Shown here piece after piece: positions 17,652 through 24,875 of a stretch of 44,877 nt of DNA. The translations under genes were made by a program, and so were the position numbers. The stretch covers positions 1 through 44,877 of IMG/VR virus record IMGVR_UViG_3300048901_000305. One strand, 5' to 3'. This stretch comes from a virus. Lineage: Duplodnaviria; Caudoviricetes. Within the stretch, counting starts at the first letter, position 1; every line of letters starts with the position of its first letter. Below the pieces are notes generated by a model. It had not been told where the DNA came from, made no database searches, and was given only the letters and a program-made list of their open reading frames with translations.

Positions 17652-18239
17652 TCAGGCCGGACGGGTTCTTACGGCGGGATAGTCGCGGCCGAGCTCGTCT
17701 TCCTCATCGACCCAGGGCCGGATTTCTGTGCGTGACGTGGCGCCGAGATCCCGGAAGACCTCGACCGCCTTCCAGGCGTCGTTCCGACCGATCCCCAGCT
17801 TTAAGGCCCACTGCACGACTCCATCGAGGCCCCGCCGAACGTTGGGCGGCCGGAAGATCAACCGCAGGTCGTAGCCCATCTCCTCCATCTCGGCCCTGGA
17901 GAGGATGGCGCCCTCGGCGATCCGCCCGCGAAGCTGGAGGCAAAGCCCCAAACCGAAACCGTCCCAGGGTGTGCGGTCGGGCTCCATGTGGCCGAAACCC
18001 AGAGCCTCGAACGCCTGGCAGGCGGCGGCATGGCCCACGTGGTTGTAGGGGTCGAGCCCATGGCTGACGAGGTACCGGTAGAGATGGAGAGCGGTTTCGA
18101 GCGCCACCGTTTGGACAGTGTACGCCCCGTCTGCCCCGCTCGGGCAAATCGTCGTGTTCAATAGGTGGAGGCCGCAACCTTTCCGGCCCTCGCACTCGCC
18201 CATGATCGCTTCTTCCCATTCAGGCTTCGCTTCGAGCAT
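17652..18239 (-). CDS. DUF1874/AcrIII-1-like viral ring nuclease with C-terminal extension
   Basis: LLNTTI...NHVGHAA (GH motif)...DR...LQLRGRIAEGAILSRAEMEEMGY matches the recalled pattern of SIRV1 gp29/YddF. Confidence 0.8.
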   Translation of the reverse strand: MLEAKPEWEEAIMGECEGRKGCGLHLLNTTICPSGADGAYTVQTVALETALHLYRYLVSHGLDPYNHVGHAAACQAFEALGFGHMEPDRTPWDGFGLGLCLQLRGRIAEGAILSRAEMEEMGYDLRLIFRPPNVRRGLDGVVQWALKLGIGRNDAWKAVEVFRDLGATSRTEIRPWVDEEDELGRDYPAVRTRPA

Positions 18240-18317
18240 CTCCCTCCTCGCTTTCTGGGCCGGACTTGGGACCGGCCCCGTGGTTACCGCCGGCCGCTTG
18301 CCGGCGTCCCTCGCCGC

Positions 18318-18755
18318 CTACTCGCCGTCGTCGCCCGCCTTCCGGGTGAAGGTGGCGGCGAAGCAGAGGGCGACGCCCTTCTGGACCTCCGCCAGCTGCT
18401 GGGGATAGGGCATCTCGGCCGCCACGTGGACGGTGCACGAGTCGGAGTCCTTCGGAGGCTCAACCCCGAGGAGCCTATCCGGCCGGATCGGCTCCCATAT
18501 GACGTTGACCAGCCAGTTGCCGTCCGTCCGCACGAAGGCGGTGACAGTGCCCTGGGGCCGCTCGATCGCCGGGACGAGCTTTAGGTGGGCAGGAGGCCAT
18601 GGATGAGACGACGCGCCCCTGGAGATGCCCATGGCTACGCCCAGCGCGAAGCAGGCCCAACAGCTGGCGAAAGGGACGAGGAAGGTCACCCACCGCCGCG
18701 GCCGGTGGCGCGGGGTGACGTTCTGGCCGAGGAGGAGGGAGCGGGTCTCACGCAC
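18318..18755 (-). CDS. Membrane-anchored hypothetical protein
   Basis: Basic stretch, then hydrophobic WVTFLVPFASCWACFALGVAMGI. Confidence 0.65.
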   Translation of the reverse strand: MRETRSLLLGQNVTPRHRPRRWVTFLVPFASCWACFALGVAMGISRGASSHPWPPAHLKLVPAIERPQGTVTAFVRTDGNWLVNVIWEPIRPDRLLGVEPPKDSDSCTVHVAAEMPYPQQLAEVQKGVALCFAATFTRKAGDDGE

Positions 18756-19257
18756 GGGAGGCCTCCTGCATTGATTCGTGGTCGCAGCCGCGGGTGGCGG
18801 CGCGAGCCAGCTCTACCACCTCGTCTCGCAGGGGAAAGGTGTAGGGACCCCCTGCATCTCCCGGAGCGCACTCCGCGCCGACCTCGAGGAGAGCGATCAG
18901 GAGGTTGGCTAGGTCGTCGGCAGCGTAAGGCGCGCAGGATCGCTTCGCCGTTTTCGGGTCCTCGGCCACCCCAAGAAAGACCACCGGCCTGCCGTCGTAG
19001 CAGAGCAAGCGTCCTGGCGCCAAGGTCCACCGGGGTAGCACGGACGCGGGTTCTTCCGGGGGCCTGTAGGGCTCGACCGTGATCCGGGGGTCGTAGCCGT
19101 CGTGCTCGATCAGGGATTGGCGTACCTCTTCGGCGGTGGTCGCCGAGTCGAACACGCAGTCGTGGTCTTTGCCACGATAGTTGGTGGGGCCAAGATACCT
19201 GGTTTCGATGACGGCGCCGTGCTGGGAAAGAGAGGGATGAGAAGTTTTCGTGTCCAT
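18748..19257 (-). CDS. Hypothetical protein, apparently mosaic
   Basis: TAAGGAG SD; IETRYLGPTNYRG and EEVRQSLIEHDGYDPRITV motifs. Confidence 0.7.
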   Translation of the reverse strand: MDTKTSHPSLSQHGAVIETRYLGPTNYRGKDHDCVFDSATTAEEVRQSLIEHDGYDPRITVEPYRPPEEPASVLPRWTLAPGRLLCYDGRPVVFLGVAEDPKTAKRSCAPYAADDLANLLIALLEVGAECAPGDAGGPYTFPLRDEVVELARAATRGCDHESMQEASRA

Positions 19258-19348
19258 GACCGTCTCCTTAGGTATCGGTCTGCGGCGGGGTTTGTTCCCA
19301 GCCTGCGACCAAGGTAACCCGTGCCCGAGAGCCAGTCATCCCGAGAGG

Positions 19349-19377
19349 GTGCTAACAAAGTGGTCATGGGCGTGCAA
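19349..19377 (-). promoter_or_regulatory. Putative leftward promoter for the operon containing the AcrIII-1-like gene
   Basis: TTGCAC-N17-TAGCAC with TG extension; CCCGAGAG direct repeats at 19324 and 19340. Confidence 0.4.
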
Positions 19378-19399
19378 GTGGTGCCGTGTGAGCGAGATA

Positions 19400-19550
19400 G
19401 CCGATCCTGCTGTCGCTCGACCTCATCCAGCGTGGCGACGCCTAAGTCGGGCTCGTAGCGGCGCGGGTCGCCGCCGGGGAAGTGGGCGCAGTAGGTTGCG
19501 AAGCCGTCGCGGACGACGCTCACCCCCCAACCTTCCTTCTCCCCCTCCAT
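19400..19550 (-). pseudogene. Probable truncated gene remnant
   Basis: Protein-like 5' part (FPGGDPRRYEPD...TLDEVE) runs into promoter-like sequence and overlaps the next gene out of frame; boundaries approximate. Confidence 0.35.
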
Positions 19551-19892
19551 CTCCTGGGACTCAGCTTCTTATTCTCCTCTTGGAAACCATCTTCTGCTGG
19601 TGAGGTTCAGGAGCTGCCAGAGCCCCCCCTCCCCCCAACCGGTGAAGGTAGGAAGAAGGGGGGCCCTGTCAGCGAAAAGGCTCTGCTTCTGCCGGAGCCG
19701 GCCCTATCACCGCCTCCCGGATGGGCCGCGAGCCCGCCGGGTGGAGCGCCTTGCCGTCACCCCTCGCGGGGGTCGAGTCGGAGCCCGTAGACGCCCTTCG
19801 CCCATGGCTTGGACCGCGGAGCCGACGCCCCTTCGAACGAGCTGCGGTCCTGGGTGCCGGGGTACGGCGTTGGCAGGCGAAGCGAGGGAAAC

Positions 19893-19922
19893 TTGACGCT
19901 GTCACTGGAGGCGGGGTAGACT
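19893..19922 (+). promoter_or_regulatory. Rightward sigma70-type promoter, antisense to early genes
   Basis: TTGACG-N18-TAGACT. Confidence 0.6.
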
Positions 19923-19928
19923 CACCAG

Positions 19929-20012
19929 TACCAGCCAGCCGCGCGATCCGCCTGCCAAGACTTCTCGCGCGTCGTCTCTCGGAGCCCCGGTACCCCCGGG
20001 GCTCTTCTCTTT
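19929..20012 (+). ncRNA. Predicted small RNA of about 85 nt
   Basis: Bracketed by the promoter and an intrinsic terminator; no ORF; internal GCGCGA/TCGCGC stem; ends approximate. Confidence 0.5.
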
Positions 20013-20013
20013 C
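19982..20013 (+). terminator. Intrinsic terminator
   Basis: GAGCCCCGG-TACCC-CCGGGGCTC followed by TTCTCTTTC. Confidence 0.7.
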
Positions 20014-20165
20014 AACCCGTCTCCGTGGTTCAATCGCCGCTTCAATGGCTCCCACAAGGACCTTGACGGGCAACGCCCCGCAGACCACCCAGCCGCCACC
20101 AGCCGGGCGCCGAAGCGCCGGTGGGTCGCGGTCGAGGGCTGCCGGTCTGCGGGCATGGCGACAGG

Positions 20166-20441
20166 CTACTCCTGGTCGGGGTCGGGTGGCAAGAGGACTA
20201 TGACGCTGACGCTTTGGGCCTCATCGCCCAGGATTCCCTCGCCAAGGAAGTCGGCAACTTCCTGTGCTCGCGCGCGAGCAGTAAAAATCTTCACGCGATC
20301 ACTTGCGCCCTCCATCACCATGTCCTCCCGGCCGTCGTTCCAGATGACCTTGATGGCCCATCGACTTCTCGCCGTGCGCCGCGGTAGCGGCCTCTCCTCA
20401 TCGACGCCTGTGTCGTTCGGTCCAAGCCAGTCGCTAGGCAT
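20166..20441 (-). CDS. Hypothetical protein
   Basis: Overlaps the peptidase stop; WAIKVIWNDG. Confidence 0.65.
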   Translation of the reverse strand: MPSDWLGPNDTGVDEERPLPRRTARSRWAIKVIWNDGREDMVMEGASDRVKIFTARARAQEVADFLGEGILGDEAQSVSVIVLLPPDPDQE

Positions 20442-20994
20442 CGCTCGCACCCGCGGCGATGGCGTCTTCGGGCCACGCCTGGATATAGGTGCGGATGCGG
20501 TAGCCGGTCGCTCTCTTCGGGAGGAGAGCCGGGACGATCTCCTGCGCCCAGTCGTCCAGCCAGCACCAGCCGCCTCCCTCGCCGTTGTTGACGTCGAAGA
20601 TGGCGATCTCGCCGGAGCCCGCCTGGCGGAACGCTATCCAGTGGGTGTAGCGGTAAGCCCATCGCTGGTTTCCGGGCTTGTCCCACGGACCCACCCACTG
20701 TACGAAGGCGAGGCCGTCCCCTTGGAAGCGCTCGACGCCAAGGCCATCGTCAAAGGCCCAGCACAGAGAGTCGAGCGCCCTCTTCATGTGGGTGGGGTTC
20801 GTGTAGCCGGGCCAGTTGACCAGGTGCGGCCGGATCTCGGCCAGCGAACGGCCGGTAAGAGCCGCCAGCGCTCCCGGACCGCAATTCGCCCCCCATTCCT
20901 CGGCGGCGGCGGTCAGGTCGAACGGCACGTAGAGGGACCCGCGGGTGCCCTCGTAGATCGACACCTCCTCTTCTCTCGGCATCTCGATCGCCAT
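20434..20994 (-). CDS. Papain-fold (C39-like) cysteine peptidase
   Basis: NCGPGALA (Cys), THWIA (His), IFDVN (Asp) in papain-clan order. Confidence 0.75.
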   Translation of the reverse strand: MAIEMPREEEVSIYEGTRGSLYVPFDLTAAAEEWGANCGPGALAALTGRSLAEIRPHLVNWPGYTNPTHMKRALDSLCWAFDDGLGVERFQGDGLAFVQWVGPWDKPGNQRWAYRYTHWIAFRQAGSGEIAIFDVNNGEGGGWCWLDDWAQEIVPALLPKRATGYRIRTYIQAWPEDAIAAGASDA

Positions 20995-20997
20995 GGG

Positions 20998-21321
20998 TCA
21001 AGCCTCCAGGAGGTGGTCGACGGTGGCGAGAAACTCGGCCGACACGGGGCTTTCAGCCTGTGCCGCCGCGCGAAAGGTGCGCAAACACTCGACCAGTTCT
21101 TCGCAGCGCTCGCCTCTCTCATCGTACATCTCGTGCGCACAGGCGCCGCGAATCACCTCACCGCGGCTGAGGAGAGTCAGCGAGACCGGCGTGTCCACAT
21201 CCTGCCAATCCTCGGCCCACTGGAGACGCTTCGTAGCGCTCCAAAGGTCCAGAGCTTCCTGAAAGCTCCCGGCTTCGATGTAGTCGGATTCGTTCTTCCA
21301 GTCCCGAGCTTCGTAGAGCAT
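20998..21321 (-). CDS. Hypothetical protein, first gene of the leftward unit
   Basis: 107-aa acidic ORF coupled to the peptidase. Confidence 0.6.
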   Translation of the reverse strand: MLYEARDWKNESDYIEAGSFQEALDLWSATKRLQWAEDWQDVDTPVSLTLLSRGEVIRGACAHEMYDERGERCEELVECLRTFRAAAQAESPVSAEFLATVDHLLEA

Positions 21322-21425
21322 CTTTCACATCCCCCTGGTAAGGCCCGAGCCTACCGGGCGGCCACGTCGACCGCAACCTGCGAGGTGCGCACCAGGTGAG
21401 CAGGAGCGCGCCCCTAAAGGGGCGT

Positions 21426-21537
21426 GGATCACGGATCACCCCCGATCCCTAAAATGCGGATCACTCCCGGATCACCCCGGATCACCCTCTCGGAGAAGAG
21501 CGGATCCATCCTTGGATCACTCCCGGGCTCGGATCAC
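21426..21537. repeat. GGATCAC iteron-like cluster (candidate replication origin)
   Basis: GGATCAC at 21426, 21433, 21458, 21469, 21479, 21514 and 21531 plus two GATCC variants; 9 GATC in about 112 bp. Confidence 0.75.
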
Positions 21538-22171
21538 ACAAGCAGGTGCAACCCGGCCGACGACGAAGGAGAGAGAGAAGGAGAGGGAGAGCGGCACCGG
21601 CACCTAGACTGAGCTCCGGCCACCTGATGGATTGCGCCCCGCCAGGGGCAAGGCGGCCCAAAGAGTAGGAGTAGACCCCCCCTATATCCCCCCCAATTCG
21701 GGGACGGCGGCAACCACAAGCTGGGCGCCCTGTCAAGGCTTGTCCCCTGGGGATGACAGTTAACACAATGTCTTGTATCGGACGTTAGCCGCGTAAGTCA
21801 AAGCCCCCCAACGACTTAGCCGAACGCCCCAAGATTATGGACCGGATCTATTGAGACTGGCAGGGCGAAGTGCACAAGCTCCTGTGCAAGCGAGCCTCCA
21901 ACCCCGGCCCATCCCAGCCCCGCCCCGGCCCAGCGCGAGGTAGCGGAAGGCGGGCGCAACGCGTGGCGCGTCGTGCGTAGTGTGCACGCGAGGCGGGCGC
22001 GCATGCCAGGGGGGCTGTTGCCCATCGCCGCATCGCCCATTTGAGGATCTACCCCCCTCGGTCACCGTCCCTCGCGCGTGATAGGCTCTCCTCGCAGTGT
22101 TTCCCGTGAAACTTTCTCTGGTGTAGACTCTCCGCGGTACACACACTCTCACCCTCGAGGAGGAGAAGCCG

Positions 22172-22570
22172 ATGTCCGAACTGCCGCACGACCTTGACGC
22201 CAAGGAGCAACCCGGGACCTTTCGAGTCGGCGACGAGACCTTCAGCGTCGCCCCCGCCGACACCCCCCGCTTCGCCGCGCCGGACCCGCCCCAGGCACCA
22301 ACGCAACCGGCGCCCCTTCCGGCAAGCACCCTCACACCGCCCGCCGCGGGAAGCCTCATCAACGATTCGGACCCGGCCATCAAGGCGCTCTACCAGGCGA
22401 TCGATGCCCTGAAGGCTATCGCCGCCCACAACGTGATCCTGACCCAGACGGCCGACGTGCCGCCGCGGCCGGTCAATCCTCCCGTCGTCCAGGCCATCAC
22501 CGACACCGAGGTGTGGCACCGGCTGGTGGTCCCGGTCCTCACCGGCCCGTTCATGTCCCCGCGGGTGTAG
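22172..22570 (+). CDS. Pro-rich hypothetical protein
   Basis: GAGGAGGAG SD; possible promoter TTCCCG-N17-TAGACT at 22101-22129. Confidence 0.7.
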   Translation: MSELPHDLDAKEQPGTFRVGDETFSVAPADTPRFAAPDPPQAPTQPAPLPASTLTPPAAGSLINDSDPAIKALYQAIDALKAIAAHNVILTQTADVPPRPVNPPVVQAITDTEVWHRLVVPVLTGPFMSPRV

Positions 22571-22648
22571 ACCCGACACCGATGGGAGGGACCGCCCCAG
22601 CCGGCGGGAAGCGGCCCCGAAGTTCCCGTGACGCGCCGGCGCTTACCC

Positions 22649-22732
22649 GGAGGCGTAGACCGCTATGGATGCGGGCCAGACTGTAGATCTGGCGTTCCGG
22701 CCGGGAAGGTTCGATTCCTTCCGCTTCCACCA
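22649..22732 (+). tRNA. tRNA-Tyr (GTA), atypical D arm
   Basis: Acceptor GGAGGCG/CGCTTCC plus ACCA; anticodon arm CCAGA-CTGTAGA-TCTGG; T arm GAAGG-TTCGATT-CCTTC; 12-nt variable region. Confidence 0.85.
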
Positions 22733-22759
22733 TTTACCACGACCGAAGGAGGGCAGCGC

Positions 22760-23092
22760 GTGAACGTCAACATCACGGACCAGTTCTGGTTCACGGCGAC
22801 GGAGCTACGCGCCGCGGCCTCCGAAGCCGGCGACGATGGCTCGGTCACAATGGCCGCGAGCACGGTTCGCGCGCTCGCCGACCAGCTGGACGACGTGATC
22901 GCCGAGGACCGGCTCCGGGATCTCGCCTCCGATCTGCTCAAGGGCGTCGTCCTCCAGGGTGCGGCCCGAGCGGCCATCCCCGTCGAGGAGGACGTCCGGT
23001 CTTTGGTGCGGCTCGCCCGCGTGCTCCGCTCCGAGCTCGACACGCCCACCGCTCCCCCGGCGCCGAAGCCGGAGCTCGAGGACGAGGAGTGA
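22760..23092 (+). CDS. Hypothetical protein
   Basis: AAGGAGG SD before GTG 22760. Confidence 0.7.
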   Translation: MNVNITDQFWFTATELRAAASEAGDDGSVTMAASTVRALADQLDDVIAEDRLRDLASDLLKGVVLQGAARAAIPVEEDVRSLVRLARVLRSELDTPTAPPAPKPELEDEE

Positions 23093-23310
23093 GCGGGCGG
23101 AGCCCCTACTCTCCGGCAGCCGCGGACGGGGAGCGAGCCCTACGGCAGGCTGCCTTCACGGCGGAGCCCATCCCCGGACCACTCGGTGCCGACCCCGAAG
23201 ATTTCGTCGTGCAGCGCATGGCGAGTGGCGAGCGCTGCAGGCTGAAGACGCCCGAGCTTCTTCACTGGATGCGCGAAAACTTCCCCTTGCACTTCCCGTT
23301 TCCGGTCTGA
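23089..23310 (+). CDS. Hypothetical protein
   Basis: GTGA overlap; GAGGAG SD. Confidence 0.6.
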   Translation: MSGRSPYSPAAADGERALRQAAFTAEPIPGPLGADPEDFVVQRMASGERCRLKTPELLHWMRENFPLHFPFPV

Positions 23311-23317
23311 GGACCCC

Positions 23318-23842
23318 GTGGCAGGCGACCCCCGCAGGATGAGCTACGCCTTCTGCCGCAAGAACTGGGTGACCCCCGCCGTCCCGGTCGACCAGGCAGC
23401 GCTCGTTCCGACGAAGATCCTCAACTCGCTTATCCACTCGGCGCTCGCTTCTGGGTGCCACGAGTACGAGGCGGTGGACCGGGGGCTCGCCTCTATCTTT
23501 GCCCTGGACGATCTATTCCAGGAAGAGACGACAATCGACGGCCAAGGGAGGAACGAGATTCGCTACTTCTGCCACCAGCTCCTCATCAACGGCCTCGAGG
23601 GCGACGTGGCCGTGGCTCGGGCGTATGAGACGTTCCGGCGCATCCGCCTGCGGATCGCCGAGATCGGGCGAGCGATCCCGCATCTGCGGGGCGGTGCAAA
23701 GAGGCCGACGAAGACGGGCAAGCCGCGGCGCACGAGGAAGCCGCGGCCGGGGCCGCCCTCGGCCGACGCACCGAGCGATGTCTCTCCGGGGCGCCGCCCC
23801 TCCTGGGCAGACCCCGCGAGCGAAGACCTTGCCCTCCCTTGA
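23318..23842 (+). CDS. Hypothetical protein with basic C-terminus
   Basis: GAGG SD before GTG 23318; alternative ATG 23339. Confidence 0.65.
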   Translation: MAGDPRRMSYAFCRKNWVTPAVPVDQAALVPTKILNSLIHSALASGCHEYEAVDRGLASIFALDDLFQEETTIDGQGRNEIRYFCHQLLINGLEGDVAVARAYETFRRIRLRIAEIGRAIPHLRGGAKRPTKTGKPRRTRKPRPGPPSADAPSDVSPGRRPSWADPASEDLALP

Positions 23843-23854
23843 AACCGTGCCATA

Positions 23855-23884
23855 TTGACACCCGCCACGAGGGCGGCGTAGCAT
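23855..23884 (+). promoter_or_regulatory. Late promoter 1
   Basis: TTGACA-N18-TAGCAT; shares flanks with the promoter at 33970. Confidence 0.7.
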
Positions 23885-23918
23885 CTCCGCCAGCAGCTCA
23901 CCTACCGGCGGAGGCCCG

Positions 23919-24440
23919 ATGGCGACAGAAACGCTCTCAACCGTAGCGGGAAACGACATCCTCAGGCTGGCGACGTACGCCCTCAACAACGCCGAGGGCG
24001 GCGGCCTCCCGGTCCTGATCCCGATCCCGTTCTCCCAGACCTTCGCCATTCCGGTGGCGGTCCCCACCACGATCAACGACACCTACGTCTTCTTCACCTT
24101 CCCCTCGAACGCTTCCCTCGTCGACTTTCGCGGCACGCCGGGCCAGTTCGACACCAACGGCGCCCCGGCGGTGACCTACGACATCATCGCCACCGACCAG
24201 GCCGACGCGACGAAGTTCACGATCGTCTCCGCCTCGACGAAGGGCCGGACGGGAACGGGCACCGACCGGATGCAGGACTCGGCCATGGGCAAGTTCTGCG
24301 GGAACATGAAGCTCAAGATCAAGTTCACGGCGGCGGCTGCCACCCCTGCGGCTGCCAACTACGCCATGGTGGTGGTTTTCCGCCTCGGCACGGTGACCCA
24401 GGTCGCCGGCGGCGGGCTTCTCACGGACCACGGAGTCTAG
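23919..24440 (+). CDS. Virion structural protein, cement/decoration-like
   Basis: Thr/Ala-rich beta protein; aligns by eye with 35406-35867. Confidence 0.65.
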   Translation: MATETLSTVAGNDILRLATYALNNAEGGGLPVLIPIPFSQTFAIPVAVPTTINDTYVFFTFPSNASLVDFRGTPGQFDTNGAPAVTYDIIATDQADATKFTIVSASTKGRTGTGTDRMQDSAMGKFCGNMKLKIKFTAAAATPAAANYAMVVVFRLGTVTQVAGGGLLTDHGV

Positions 24441-24444
24441 GCCG

Positions 24445-24717
24445 GTGGCCCAGATCATCCAGAGCCGGCGGGTCGACCCCCGCACGGCGAACATGAAACT
24501 CCCGATCGCCGCCGACACGACCGGCATTCGCGCCAACCTCGGCTTCATTCCTTCCGTGACCGGCACCGTCGACTGCCGCCTGGCCTACGACACCAACTAC
24601 GATCTGGTGCCCGTCGTCGCCGGGCTCTACTACCCGTTCGACGTGAAGGACATCCGCCTCTCGACCTCGACAGCCCTCCAGACCTGCGTCGTCTTCCTCC
24701 AGGGGGTCGGCGACTGA
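24445..24717 (+). CDS. Small virion structural protein (spike-base-like)
   Basis: Beta-rich; VPVVAGLYYPFDVKDI pattern. Confidence 0.6.
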   Translation: MAQIIQSRRVDPRTANMKLPIAADTTGIRANLGFIPSVTGTVDCRLAYDTNYDLVPVVAGLYYPFDVKDIRLSTSTALQTCVVFLQGVGD

Positions 24718-24875
24718 TGCTCGGACTCGGCGTCGTTCACCGGATGGTAGGAAGCGGGAGCGCAGGATCATCCACGCCCGCTCTCCCGTCCGGCAGCGAG
24801 CTCGTCGACGACAGCCTCGCCGACGGCGAGTTGGTTGACGACAACCTAGCGGACTACGCCCTGGTGGACGACTAG
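24717..24875 (+). CDS. 52-aa protein with three LVDD repeats
   Basis: TGATG overlap; MLGLGVV...ELVDDSLADGELVDDNLADYALVDD*; below the ORF-track cutoff. Confidence 0.65.
   Translation: MLGLGVVHRMVGSGSAGSSTPALPSGSELVDDSLADGELVDDNLADYALVDD

Noticed and set aside
19902-20156. 84-aa minus-strand ORF
   Set aside because: Weak coding character and overlaps the predicted sRNA promoter and terminator; cannot be excluded as a leader peptide.
21426-21537. Possible CRISPR mini-array
   Set aside because: Repeats are only 7 bp with irregular short spacers, and there are no cas genes.
22551-22733. 60-aa minus-strand ORF MVEAEGIEPS...
   Set aside because: Typical translation artefact of a tRNA antisense strand.
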